From NCBI RefSeq assembly GCF_009914755.1, contig NC_060929.1: 64,000 bases of DNA; one strand, 5' to 3'. Each line of letters begins with the position of its first letter. Within the stretch, counting starts at the first letter, position 1. Below, in pieces: positions 41,906 to 57,031 of the stretch. Source of the DNA: the human T2T-CHM13v2.0 reference genome, Homo sapiens. Position numbers and translations under genes: made by a program. The notes under the pieces are model-generated. The model made no database searches, was not told the origin of the DNA, and worked only from the letters and a program-made list of their open reading frames with translations.

Positions 41906-42748
41906 AAAGGAAGTATTAGTAGTCGCTACTGTTTGTAGCACATTTACTAGAAGCCAAGTAACACACTAAATACTTTATTTCCATCTTCTTATTTAATCTC
42001 CGTGCCATTTGAACTATACGTTGCTTCATTTTATAAATTAGGAAGCCAAAACTTGGAAAGAGGTTAAGTGACTAACCCTCGTGATTGGCAGGACTGAGGC
42101 TTGAACTCAAGCGATCTGACTGGACAGCCCATACATTTAACCTCTACCATTAGACGAGACCTTCTTCCTCCCACACACTATTCTACTACAATATAAATTG
42201 CAAGATGAAATGGGACAGAATCATGACAGTGTTTTTCACTGCCTGCGTGATGTAGTTTTCCCTGCTTAGAGGAACCCACTCTGCTAAGATTCACAGTTTT
42301 TAAAAGTAAGTATGGAAATGGTCATTTTAATGGGACTTGGTATCATGCTATGCAGAAAAGTCGGTCTTCACCATAAAAGAAAAAACCCACAAAGGATATT
42401 AAGTACACACATCACAGAGCCAATAATGGCCATAGCAAGAGCTATTAAGTGAACAACCAGTTTAGAGCGAATACATAAAAGAAACTTTAAATGAAAAGCA
42501 AGAGATTGAAGTTTTAAAGGTATTTACCTTGAGCTCGACCAGGTAAAACTAATGAGGTCATTAAAGGGCAAACAATTAGACATGCTCTTGTGGGTCTGTC
42601 CAGTCTGGGGCACAATTTCTTGTACTGTATTTTCAGCATCCACGTAGTGTTATTTGGGATTTTAAAAAATTGAAATGTAGCTAAATATGTGTTTGGGTGT
42701 ATAATATTTCCCTAATAAACTGAGGGCTACCTCTTTTAAGCCCAAGGC

Positions 42749-42856
42749 ATTTTTTTAAAGAGACATGGGTTGCCCATGCTGGCCTCAAACCCCTGGGCTC
42801 AAGGGATCCTCTCTGCTCAGCCTCTCGAGTACCTGGGACTACAAGGGTGCCCAGCT
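42749..42856 (-). mobile_element. FLAM-like Alu monomer
   Basis: reverse monomer; TSD caaggcatt. Confidence 0.7.
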
Positions 42857-42923
42857 CTTCAAGGCATTATTTTTCCTTCTTTATAACAATGTAAGCACAA
42901 TGTGATGCAGCCTACAAAAATTA

Positions 42924-44023
<1,100 letters not shown>

Positions 44024-44254
44024 TTACAAGTTCTGCCTTTTGGAGGTGGCATGATGTGGGGACATGGGGCAAGACTATCAAGAGGACCAGAGAATTCATG
44101 AACTAGAGATAGGAATTAAAGTAGGGAGAAATCACTTCTAAAAATAGTACTAACCCTCCCACAGGGGGCAATGGCAGCTTCCCTTGGCTGTTGAGCACTG
44201 AACTGCCAAGCATTTACAAGAAGAAAAGGGGTTGGCTTGAAGACTTCAGGTGAG

Positions 44255-45005
44255 GCAGCACATCTCAGCTCTAACATGCACATGATTCATGTGGGATCTT
44301 GCTAATTCTGGTTCAGAAGGCCTATGATAGCGCAGAAAATTCTAACAAGCTCTTCTCAAATGACTCAGATGCTGCCTGCCTGTTGACCACATGAATGCCC
44401 TGCCTGGCCACACCAGGGAGTTAGAATCTCTGAAGATTGGGCCTAGGCATCTATAATTAAAAAATAATAAAATAACTTCCACAGGTGATTCTAATGTGCA
44501 TGCAAGGTTGAAAAGCAAAAACAAATTTCCCAGGTAGAGGATGATACTTGACTCATTCTACCTCAACATGAAATCATCATGAACAGAACTTGAAGACATT
44601 TCCCATATAACTGCTGGTCCAGTTGAGCCCTAAGGACCCTTTCCACTCAAAGTGTGGTCCTCAGACCAGCAACATCTGCATCACCTGGGAGTGTGTTAGG
44701 AATGCAGAATCTCAGTCCCCTGACCCCCTGCCTTCCCCATCCCTGGACCTGCTGATTTTCTGCATTTCCATGATAGCCAAGTAATTTGCTTGCCCTTCAA
44801 AATTTGAGAAGCATTGTTATCACTACTCCCCAAGCTTCCTAGAAGATGAGAATTACTTGGAATATTTGTTAAAAATACAAGTTTCTAGACCTCATCGCTG
44901 ATCCACTCACGCAAAAATCTCTAGGACAAGGCCTGAGAAACTGGGTTTATAATCAGTGGACATGAGGGGCAGGTGATTCTTATCTGGGAGGCATGGGCAA
45001 TAGTA
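44255..45005. mobile_element. Cluster of about four MER5A/MER5B-type elements
   Basis: repeated MER5 motifs (caggtgattctaatgtgca, gcatcacctgggag..tgttaggaatgcagaatctcag). Confidence 0.65.
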
Positions 45006-45139
45006 ATATAAGAGTATATTTACCATCCGTGCTCAAATTTGTCTCCAGCTAAAGTCTACTACGATGATTATTGGTGTTTTTTAAGCCCTTGGGCATAGAA
45101 AACTCAAAAACCATTGAAACCATCAGGAAGACAGCAACC

Positions 45140-45445
45140 TAAACACTTATTGTCCACCTACTGTGTGTATGTGTGTGTGTATACATATATACCTACTCAG
45201 TACTAAGCATGTGTGTATACACGCACACATGTATGTGCTTAGTACTGAGCAAGAAGCTTTTCATCTGCCCTCTGACTTAAACATCAACACAATTCTCAAA
45301 CCCGGTGGTGCCATTCCCATTTTATAGATGAGAAATCAGGCCCAGCCAGGCTATGTCGTTTGCTTAACATACACCCTGGAAAGAGAGCTTGGATTAGAAT
45401 CTGAATTTTTCTGGTTCTGAAGCGCTTGACCTTTCTCAGTATTAC
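45140..45445 (-). mobile_element. MIR SINE with internal TG/TA expansion and hairpin
   Basis: cccattttatagatgagaaatcaggc core. Confidence 0.65.
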
Positions 45446-47024
45446 CAGGTGTCATGTAATTGAATTCAGATTCAGGCCCCTCTCTGAATAATCTAAGCTA
45501 TCTTATTTCCTCTTTGCATGTAGAAAAATCATATGGTGCTAAATTATGAATTTGATGATTGGTGGGAAACCGTTAAGTGAAGGAAGCTAATCGTTCTCTG
45601 TAATAGGGCCTCTTTATCAGTTCTAATTAATCAGTAGACAATTTCTCATCTAGCATTTTCGGTTCACAACACAAATGTAACATGAAAACGTGTAGCTATA
45701 GTAACTACAGAAATTTGCTTCCTTCATTCTAGGCCAGGCTTTAAGAAAATCTATGGTAGGGCAGTTCTCTAAATTTCATTTCCCTCCTGCCAGGATGTTT
45801 TTATTCCTCAAAGCAATCATTTTGTGTTATTCCTCTCTTTCTCTACCCCCTACATGTCTCATATATCTAGAAAATTTGGAAATGACCAAGGCTTTGCCAA
45901 ACCTTTGTTTGATTACGTTTTGTATGCTGAAAGCCAATCAGCCTGACCCATGATGAAGTTCTCTGGCAGTTGAGACACCTCAGACCCTGCACTGGAGTCA
46001 TTAGCACTATTCCTTATAGGAAAACACTCAGCAACATCTCACTGATTTCTGTGACCCAGCATTTCAAAAGACAAGATCACTATCTCTTACAACATCACTG
46101 GCTGATGTTGGGGCTGTCAATTCCAATACTTGTAGGCAGGCAAGCACTTGAAAAAGGGGATGGGTCCCAAGAGTGAAGTTCTCTGTACACTCTGTGACAT
46201 GCCAGTTTAGTATGTCCAGACATGGGAAAAAGATCTGTTGCATATGGTTACAGGTTATCACCCCACACAGCTTGACGAAATGTCTATTGCTCTTGTAAAG
46301 CTGAAAGCCTCTAACAAATAGTCATCTGCCATTTCATTAAGCGCTGCCAGGAGATGGCTGTCAACATCTGGGAAAGGAAGAATGAAAAGATGTTTGCAAG
46401 GCCTGCAGCAAGCATGTTGCAGCTACAAAGTCTGCATATGTCAGGCTGGCATCACCATATCCTCCAGCCTTAACCTGTCTAAATAAAAATCATTTGCCTT
46501 AAAGTTCTGTCCTTTTGGAATACGTATGCTGTGTTAAACAGTGCTGTACTGAAGTAATTTTCCTGAGTTGGAGACATATCTACTCCTGTTGGGGCTGGAG
46601 GCAGTTCTGTGGACACCCCATGTAATGCATGTCCTACTGCCCCATTCAAATGGGGATCCTTAGAACAGCTATGGCTCCCTCTGTTCCCTCAAAGCTTGGG
46701 CTTTACCATTTGCATTTGAAAACACAAAGACTTAGAAAAACACTGCCTCCTTTTCAGTACCTGTACATTCTCACAACCGATGATCTCTGTTTTTTATCTT
46801 TTTAAAAGCAAAAGTCTTCCTTAAAAAATAATTCCTTTTTCTCCTTATTGCCCAGACCTGGTCATTGAAGCCATGTTGGAAATATAGATGAGAAGAAAGT
46901 ATTTGAATCCCTGAAATCCTACCAGCCACTCTGTTTCTTTAACTTATAGGTATTTTTTTGTTTTGCTGAATAATGAATTAACAGTGGGCATGCTCTTTAG
47001 CCCACTCTTCTGCTCTTCCACTTG

Positions 47025-47460
47025 TGTCACCAAAACACCAGGGGTTTGGTCTAGGTCCTGCTGCTCACTGCACAAAAAGCAAACCACTGAGATGACAGGT
47101 GTCACCAAGGAAGAAGGCTTTAATTGAGTGATGCAGCAGAGCAGAAGAAAGCTCAGTCTCAAATCCATCTCCCTGACCAACTAAAACCAAGGGTTTATAT
47201 AGCACACAAAAAAATGTAACAATGTGTAAGAAAACAGGAACTTGGGAGGGGCAAGGAAGCAATCATAGTGAATGAGGGGTGGGGCATCTGGTGTGGCAAT
47301 CTGGTTTCAGTTCTTTGATACTTTTTGTGAGAGGCCTGAAGGTCATTTCCTGAGAAAGGAACTCAGATAAAACAGATATGTTTCAAGCTTTTACAGCAGA
47401 AGGGTCCATATCTATGTTTATCCAAAAGCAACTGTCTATGAAACTCTTGGGCCAGTTTCA
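47025..47460 (-). mobile_element. ERV1 (MER4-group) solo LTR
   Basis: TG...CA termini with 4-bp TSD CTTG; TATA- and ATTAAA-like signals on - strand. Confidence 0.8.
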
Positions 47461-47867
47461 CTTGAATATTAAAACAAATATATTTCAATGTTTATAAGCA
47501 AACTTCTGCAATATGTATAATGGCTGCATGGTGTCTCATTATACCTTTGAGCCATACCACTTTATTTCCTGTGGTATGCCTTTCTTTCAATAAATGTGTT
47601 TCCTTTCTTTCAATAAATCTGTTAGAGAGCCTCAGGTGCAGACCATGGAGGCCATCTTACTCTTCTGTTCCTGGCACATCAACCTTGGCCTATTCTAAGG
47701 TTCATTTAATTATCCCAACAGCCCCTTCCATTCTCCACCACCACCCCATAAGCAATTATGTTAATGGTTTATCTTTTTGCTTTTGTTCCTGCAAAATGTA
47801 TGTATCATTGTTTTCATGCATGCTTGTTTAAGTTACATGGATGACCATGTTAACATATTATTTTATT

Positions 47868-48255
<388 letters not shown>

Positions 48256-50864
48256 TTAAGTTCTATATGTTTATGATTCAGCTACGTTGCTATGGCTGCA
48301 TCTAATACACTGCTTCTAACTACTGTCTAGTGCTTCCTGTCTTGAGCATCTTCCCCATTTTACTCACCTACTTCCTAGTGCAGAACACTCAAATTGCTGT
48401 GAACTTTCCCCTCCACAAATAATGCTGCAATGAATCACTTTGTGGACATATGATGCTTTCTTGGGAAAAAAACCCAGAGCAGTTTGTGGATAATACATTT
48501 AATTTGATTAATTGTTGCCAGATGGTCCTAGAATGGCTGTACCAGTCTACATCCCCATAATCAGGGCATGTAGTTCCTAAAACCCCACAGCCCCAACTAC
48601 ACTATCATCTAGCTTTCTCTTTTTGCCAGTCCAATAGATATAAACATTTATCTCATTTTAACTTGTATTTCTCTGATTGCTAATAGAATCAACATATTTT
48701 TAGTGTTAAGATGTTCCACCTAAGAGCATGGAGTATCTCCTCATTTATTCAGATCATCTAATATCCTTAATCATTTATCTATTGTTGCACATTTAGGTTC
48801 TCTCCAAGGAAGAGAGAAAGAGAAAAAGGGAGACCTAATTTATTTAGAAAGCCCATTAATCACCATAAAGGGTGGAGGAGGAGATGGAATGGATGCTCTG
48901 GTGGCCACTTGTCCTCTGCTTACCTTTGCAGGATCCAGCCAAGTGCTCAGAGAACATTAACCAAAGATGGGGAGGATTGGAGGACGGTGTTCGATGAACT
49001 TCACGAACTTCACTGCTTAATCATTCATGAGCAATAACAGCTTTTAAATAGAATATGTAGATTAATTCTTGCCTTTATCAAGTTCCACAGTATTCAATAA
49101 ATGATTTCAAATTGTCAATAGCTAGGATAAAGTGCAGTGGGTGAGAGTGGGTGGGAGAGCAGGGTGGCTTTAGGAGCAGGGTCTTGGAGGATGGCGGTGA
49201 CGGCAGAAGGGACTAACGAGCCGCCTGACCAGGACGTTTCACCCCTGGATTTGAGGGTTCCTTAGCGCTTTTTCCCCATTTTGTTAAGAAATTTCCTCTT
49301 ATGGGATATGGAGCAATTCTCCAGCTCATTTGACTCATGGGGCCTAATATATACTTCTGCTATTGGTTGATAACATTAAGATTAGGGAAGTATTTTACAT
49401 GGCTGAGAGTTCAGGGCCAATCCCACTCTCACAGAATCCCAATATCTAGGGGTGAAGCACAGGAATCTGTTTTGTAAAGAAGTCCCCCGATTATTCTGAT
49501 GTTAAACTAGAACAGCCCACTGGGCTTATCCATTCCTCCACAGCCTTCAGGCTAACTCCCACCATGTTACACCTTCATACTCTTAACATGTCAGGCAATC
49601 AACTCCAGCCCAACACTTGGGACCCCCCAGTCATGACTTGCTAAGAAACAACCACATCCCCTCTTGCTATAATTCAAGTTTCTATTCAGCATTCAGGGCC
49701 AAACAATGTCAGTTACCCCTCTTGCACACTATAGTAATATAGGAAAACATTCAAGAGCCATTTGTTTCATACTTTTATAAACATCAAAATTGCAAACTAC
49801 ACTGATTGGAGAGTTGGACAAATAAGAATGGCACGACAGTTTTCTGTCTTGGAATTTTACAGATATTGCCTGTGTTCAAGGGCTGTGCTGTACTAAGCAG
49901 TGGCTGCTGGCACAGGGAAAGGTGTAATTCTCTCCTGGGTTGTAGGAGTTGCAGCTCATGCAGAGAGTCCTCTGTGATGGAGGCCAGTCAGCTTTTATGG
50001 ACTTCAGTGCTATTTGCTCCAGTACCCTTTGAAATGCAGGGTCAGCTCACTGAGCTACATCGTGCAATAATAACACATTTTTATAGGAGTAGCTTGTCAG
50101 AGCAGCAACAACATGCAATACATAAAACCAATAAACACACCATGTTACAGAGTCTATCCTAGTAAACAGGTTAAAGCAATAAAATTGACAGCAGCCATCA
50201 ACAAGCTCCCTTTCTGACTTTGTGGGGTGAATTTACTGTTGCTTAAAACAGAGGAGCTGTCACAAAGCCTTAGATCAGTTACGGAGCAGCAAGCTGCATC
50301 GCATGGAAGGGAGCGGGCCTGAGAAGTGAAAGCAGGATGGGCAATTATGCTTTGCTAAGGCCTGGGCCCCTTTCATTGTTAGTGTGATGTAATTCACATC
50401 AGAGGTTTTCTACAGAATTGTTTCGTTTTTCCAAGTTACATATTAAATATTATGGAGGGCAGTATGTCTATGGGTTGGTAAATCAGCAATTAGTATTTTC
50501 CATCTGCAGCTTAAATCCCTAAGGCAAGAAAGAGCTTACCTGTGACAGAATATGCAGGGACTCAATGGGTTGGTGCTGTCTAAGACTGGATTCTTAGAGT
50601 TTGGACCTTCCACATTTTACATGGAATCATTTGGCTGGGAACCCTGAGCCAACCTCAGTCCAACAGAATCTCAGTATCTGGGGGTGAGGCCTGGGAATCC
50701 ATTTTGTAAAAACTTCCCTAGGAGATGCCAGTGAAAAACATGTGGGAGGCCCAGGAAACCGTGGAGAGGTCAGGAGCTAAGAGTCAGCAGCATAGGCATG
50801 GTGGCAGAACTAGGAGCTAATAAAGGCTCAGGGATCAGCACATATTAAAAATATATTGAATCTT

Positions 50865-51228
50865 GGCCGGGCACGATGGCTCTCATCTGTAATCCCAGCA
50901 CTTTGGGAGGCCGAGGCGGGCAGATCACTTAAGGTCAGGAGTTCAAGACCAGCCTGGCCAACATGGTGAAACCCTGTCTCTACTAAAAATACAAAAATTA
51001 GCCAGGCGTGGTGGTGGGCGCCTGTAATCCCAGCTACTCAGGAGGCTGAGGCAGGAGAATCGCTGGAACCTGGGAGGCGGAGGTTACAGTGAGCCAAGAT
51101 TGCACTATAGCACTCCAGCCTGGGCGACAGAGCAAGAATCAGTCTCAAAAAAAAAATTATATATATATATACACACACACATACACACACATACACACAC
51201 ACACACATATGGAGAGAGAGAGAGAGAG
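50865..51228 (+). mobile_element. AluSx-like with TA/CA/GA microsatellite tail, inserted in an L2 remnant
   Basis: full dimer; L2-like sequence continues to about 51550. Confidence 0.9.
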
Positions 51229-52449
51229 TCCTTACTATGTCCCAGGCATGTTCTAGGGTATCTTTAGGCAAAGACCCTCTCATGGCACTTGTATTTGGGA
51301 GAGACAAGACAAGAGAAACTAATTAAAACAAATGAAGAAGTTAATTCCAAACACTGATAAGCATTATAAAGATAATAAAACCAGGTGAGGCATAGAGGTT
51401 GCTTTGGATTAGCTAGGTCAGAGAAGAAATCCCTCAAAGGAGAAAATATTAGCACTGAAATCTCAAGATGAAGGAAGGAGCCATTTGGAGGCCAATGGCA
51501 GCATCTTAGAGGCAAAGGAAAGAGCAAGTGTGAAGGCCTGAAATCCCTGAGCAGAGAAGAGGTTCACCCACTGCTGTTCCCTGCCTGCCCTGCTTTTCCT
51601 GGGGGCGAAGAGACAAAAAGGATGACCCCCAAGTTTTCACTCTGTTATGATGTCCCACTAGTATGCCTTCAACTTAAGGACTAATATATTCTGATTGGTT
51701 GGATCCATTTTTATTTTGTTAGCTTATCAGAATTTCATAACTATAAGTTACCATCTCTATCTCTACCCTAAAATTGGTTATTGAACAGAACAATGCACCA
51801 CTTGAGTCCAGGAGCTCCCGCCAAGCTTGTCTGGCAATCAAGACTTCAGAAGATACAGGCCTGTGTGAGTATGGCCCTTTAAGCCTAAGTCATGACATTG
51901 CTCTTTGTCTATCTGCATTCAGTGGTTCAGGCCCCTGTCCATGGCTGGTGTGACCTTTGGTGACATCCCCAGCCTCAACAGAAACCACTTCTCACTAAGC
52001 CAGCTTTACTGTGTTCCCAACAGCTAGCATGCAGGGATGCCCTCTTCCTCATTTTCACGTAAATGTGCTAATTCAAATGCTCTCCGAAGCAAATAGGCTT
52101 TTAAGGGCAAGCCTGAGAACCAAACCACGATTTATTTCACAGTTCTTCTGGAAAAGAGACTTCTAAGAACCGGATGCCCAAATGAGAAGAGCATTTTGGG
52201 TCACAGCCCACCTGCAAGTTAGGATCTGTAACATAAGAGCCAGAACACCAGATAGGCAGAGAGAGCCTGCCTGGTTTCTGAACTGAGTGAGGCAAATGTG
52301 GAAGAAATTCTAAACCTTGGGGGTGGGTTCTATTTTTTATAGCCATTCACACCCTAGGGGCATTACAGAGACCTTACAGACCTAAGGATTAAGAAGATTA
52401 ATGGAGTCGATTTGATACCAAGTTTCATTTCTCAGCCTTTTCTTTTAAA

Positions 52450-52455
52450 TTTATT
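52450..52455 (-). terminator. Candidate CD180 proximal poly(A) signal (others at 52131-52136 and 51710-51715)
   Basis: TTTATT on + strand, i.e. AATAAA on - strand, about 550 nt after the stop. Confidence 0.55.
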
Positions 52456-53004
52456 ATGCTTTTCTTTTCTTTTTTCATTTAAAATAAGGATTGAGACTTT
52501 GTCCCCAAGTAAGTTTCTCAAATGGCTACATTACTGAGAACCCAGACCCAAGCACAATGCTGTAGTGGGGGTGGGTAGTGGGCTGGCTTCAGCTCTGACA
52601 AATTGTGGGGGCTGATGATCTCCTTTCAGGGGCGGGGTGTGTGGTGCTGGGAGGGATGTCGGTGAGTAGAAGGGGAATGGCCTCCCTGTGGGAGACTCCG
52701 GGGCCGGCAGTCCCTGCCCAGTCCCTCCCTCTGCTTCCTCCCACTCTTCCACATGCGGAAAGGGCTCTGTGCCTCTCACAGCAGCATCTGACCCTCTGGA
52801 CTGAGTCATTCGGTGTACTTGCCTAGAAGGTTCTTTAGCTCTGGGACTCACAGGAGTAAGAAGCTCAGAAAAGCACAGTGAGTCCCTGCCCAGTTCCAGG
52901 AAGCAATCTGAAAAGTCTGGTCTGGTCACCAGCAGATGACAGTTCTTTCACTTAGAGCAATTTTGCTAAGCACACTTATTTGCTTTCTCTGGAAACCTTC
53001 AGCA

Positions 53005-54733
53005 CTAAATGTGTTGGTATTTCCACCTGAGAAGGTATTTAACTGCAAAAAATAGCAGAATAGCCAACAATAATAGAAATACTATGAGAAAGAAAATGCC
53101 TATGGCTGTAATCCCACAGGAAAGCTTGACATCAGATAGCTTAACTCCCCTTAGAGATGGCGGGTTTGCACACGTGGTCTCCTCCGAGCCTTCAAGTTTG
53201 TGCAGGTTTTCTTTGTACCATGTTAAGAAATGAATATTCGAGCAAGTGCAGTCCAGGGGGTTATGACTTAAATTAATGGTGCTCTGCTGGGACAAGATAG
53301 GGAGGAGACGGGGTGAGATGATGTTAATGCTGTTGGCAGCCAGATTGAGGTAGATTCCCTTAAGATGGCTAAGAGAATCAATGCTGTCGCATGTCAGGCT
53401 GTTGTGGCTTAAGTCTACATGGCTCATTTTTCCCAAGCTGTGGAATGCTTGCTGGTCTATAGAGAGGAGACCACAAGAGGACAAAATCAGAACCTCCAAG
53501 CTGCCCACGGTCTGAAGTAGGTTGGTCTTCGTGATAGTCCCATCTTGAAAGTGATTCCCTTTTAAGTTGAGATGCCGGAGAACTGGTAGGCCTGCTAGAA
53601 GATGCTGATTGCTGGTATCAAGGAAGCAGTAAGTGAGATTCAGAACCTGAAGGAAATGGAGGTTTTGGAAGGGACTTTGTGGAGCATTAATGTGTAAGCG
53701 GGTAAATGCCAAATCGAGGAGTTCTAGCTGAGGACATTCTTTGAATGCCTGACTCTGGAGACCAAGAGGCTCATTGTGGCTCAGGTTTAAGGTTTGCAAG
53801 TGGGACAGGTTTTTGAGTTGCAGACTGCAGCAGTCAGAAGCCTCTATGTCATTATGGCTTAAATCAAGTGTCTGAAGGTTTCCTAGTTTCTCCAAGCAGC
53901 CAACACCAAGGTGAAGTTTCTTCACGTTGCCTCTGATGTAGAGGTGTGTAAGGGAGGGGAAATTGGCAGCACTGATTTGACACAATTGATCGAAATGATT
54001 TACACTGAGAACTAATTTCTTGAGCAAGTTCAGACCCTTCATCCCAGAGGGTAACCCTTTCAAGTGAGTTGCTGTCAGATCCAATTCTTGGAGTTGGGTG
54101 AAGCACTGAAATGTGGTGGATGAGATGTCAGAGAAGCGGTGTTCCTGCAGGTTGAGGCTCTCAACAGACATTTCACAGAGTCCCTTGAGCATGGCTGAAC
54201 TAATATCTTCGTCATCAATGTCCTCAAATGTTCCCAGCCAGAGAGACTGAGTAGTAGAGTTCTGCAGACCATTGAATATAACAGACAAATTTGGAGTTCC
54301 TCCAAAGTTCAAACTTTGGAAGACCGTTGAATCAAAAGCCCCAAGCTCAATACCTTTAACATTATTGCCATTGAAGTTCAGGCTTAGGTTGATGGCCTGC
54401 TCCAGAGACCTCATGTCTTCTCTAGAGATGTAGTGTATAGCATTATTCTGAAAATCCAGTACTTTCAGATTCCGTGCTGGGAAGTCTTTGGGGAACTTAA
54501 TGGAGGAAATATGGTTGCTTCCAAGATACAAGCTTTCCAAGTTTTCCAGATTGTGCACTGGAATAAACTCGAGATTGGATATTCCCGTTTGGATTAAGAA
54601 AAGATGCTTCAGTGACTTGGGCCCATTAAGCGATGTTTCTGCCATGAATATCAGGGGATTTCCAGTTAACACAAGTGTGCTTAATTGATGATGGCTTTGA
54701 AAAGTGTCTTCATGTATCCAGTTAATCTGGCAC
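53005..54733 (-). CDS. CD180: CD180 (RP105) exon 3: LRRs, LRRCT, transmembrane helix, short cytoplasmic tail without TIR
   Basis: ORF 53005..54759; acceptor ttcaag|GTGC; LxxLxLxxN repeats, NPLDCTC LRRCT, TM GIFFLIVFLLLLAILLFFAV, C-terminus KYQHI. Confidence 0.97.
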
Positions 54734-55209
54734 CTTGAAAAGATAATCGTATTTAACAATAATTCATTTGAAAAAAGTAAAAAAATACTTTACAGTGACA
54801 CACATTAACAAAGTCATCTTTTGTATCATTCAAAATCAAATATAAGAACTTTCTTCAATATCAACAGATGGCCTATTGAAGGAATTAATGAGTAGCCTCA
54901 CTTCTGAACACGCCAATCTAGATTTTTTTTCCAGGTATCTCACCCCTTAGATTGAACCCTCAGAGGTTTGTGCCTGTATTCTAAGGAACCATGGGTCATT
55001 TGATTGTGGCAAAAATCAAATTATTATTTACTGTTTTAAGTAATACAAAATATATCATATAGAATGCATAATAGATAATATATGGTATAAAATACATATA
55101 TATATACACACACAAAAATCTGTGTCATCCCGGGCAAGTTACAACTTTTCTCAACCTCTGTATTTTCATCTGAGAAAACCATCCTGGTATTGCACCTAAA
55201 AATACTGGA

Positions 55210-55210
<1 letters not shown>

Positions 55211-55242
<32 letters not shown>

Positions 55243-55431
55243 TGGCCTCCTCATCTAACCATAAGTTGGATGATACTACGCACCATGGAATCTCACACTG
55301 GTGCTTTTAAAGATGAAGCGGTAGTATGGATGTGGACATCCTGTCCACAGAAGCTGAAGTTGAAGGACAAAATAGAAGAAGTAGAACTTCCGCAAAGGGT
55401 GCAGACTGCAGGTACACGCAGAGCCTGTCCC

Positions 55432-55477
<46 letters not shown>
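55211..55477. repeat. Two (CA)n microsatellites in CD180 intron 2 (55211-55240, 55437-55476)
   Basis: direct read. Confidence 0.95.
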
Positions 55478-55479
<2 letters not shown>

Positions 55480-55998
55480 GTATAGCCCTTTCATTTTCTT
55501 CCCTTATTTTCTTGTAATACTTCTTCCTACTGGTTCTCAAACACTGGCTCAGCATGTGGAATCCCAATTATGCCACTATAACAAAATAATGGAACTCATT
55601 TTCCAATTTGTAGGGGGGAAAAGTAGATGGTGTGCTTTTCTCCTAGAAATTTTTCTTAAATGTAATTACCCAAAAATAAACTATGCCAAAATTTAGCATA
55701 GTTTGGCATCTGATTTAGTACAAGATTATTTTCATTTTTGCTATCAGTATTCCTTAGAACTGCTTCAACAGTGCTATTGATGCAACTGGTTTGAGAGCAA
55801 TCCATTTTCCTCTCCATTGGTTGATGTTTATTTAAATTACATTTCACCCACATAGGAGTATTTCATGGGGAGGCATAAACATGTAGTATAAGCAGATTGT
55901 CCCTGGGCCCCCCAAAAAGGTCCTGCAAATAAATTAAGCACATACTGTATTTTAACTTAAATAAAATAAAAGAGCACACAAATAACTCAGATACATAC

Positions 55999-56165
55999 CT
56001 AGTTAAATCCAAAAAGGTAAGATTCATGAGTCTGCTGAAGGTTCTATTGTGAATTGTAGGCAAAAAATTAAAGCTGAATTCCAAAAATTCTGTTGTGTTT
56101 GGTAGAGTGTCAGGGATTTCACTGAGACCTAAATTTTCACAGTTATATGTTTTGTTGGCTTCTTT
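55999..56165 (-). CDS. CD180: CD180 exon 2 (KEANKTYNCENLGLSEIPDTLP...FLDLTR)
   Basis: catcag acceptor, gtatgt donor; phase-2 junction joins exon 3 in frame. Confidence 0.95.
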
Positions 56166-56269
56166 CTGATGGGAGAAACAAAGTAAATTAATATTAGACT
56201 TAATAATTTTATAGACTATCTAGCAAAATTATATATGTTTTACCTTCCGAGCGGCAATCGTACTTCTAG

Positions 56270-56994
56270 TAATCTTTACCAAATATACACTTGCCAAAAA
56301 CAAGATGATGAATGCACATTGTTAACTGTAGTACTTTTTTTGTAATAGCAAAATTGACAATAACCAGACTATTCATCAATATAGGACTACTTGAACAAAA
56401 CATGGTACATTCACAAAATGGAATCCTCTAAAACTGAAAAAAATAAAAAAAACCCTCCATATATTGATATGGAGTGATATCTGGGATATATTTCAAGGTG
56501 AAAAAAGCAAAATGCAGAACAATATATGTAGTGTATATAGTATACAGTATGTAGTATAATGTACAGAGTATGCCTTTTGTGTAAGAAAGGTGTGTGTGAA
56601 TTTTCTTATATTTGTTAAAACAAACCATGCAAAAACCCAAAAACTGATTGCCTTTAAGAAGAGGGAAGAGACCAGATAGAAGAGCAGGGATAAATGTGAG
56701 ACTTCTCTGAATGCACTTGGTTTTACAGTTTTGATTTTGGTTGAATGGAAATGTTTAATTTCAGTTTGAAACAAACAAATCGACCTTAGATAAGCATCAC
56801 CAAAATAAGACAATCAAACATTACATACTTTCGTATGTGAGACAATGTGAGGTATACAGCATTGTCTATGAAGTATTCTTGCCAAAAAAATAATTAAACT
56901 TTAAACTCATCAAGATTTTAGGTTTAACTTCACATCTCAAAGTGATATGGTGGATTTAAGTGGGACATTCTATGGAACAACTGACTTTGTTCTA

Positions 56995-57031
<37 letters not shown>

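Noticed and set aside
52531-52929. 132-aa ORF in the CD180 3' UTR, in frame with the CDS (possible read-through extension or hidden TIR domain)
   Set aside because: TAG is followed by TGC TGA, so read-through stops at once; no TIR similarity
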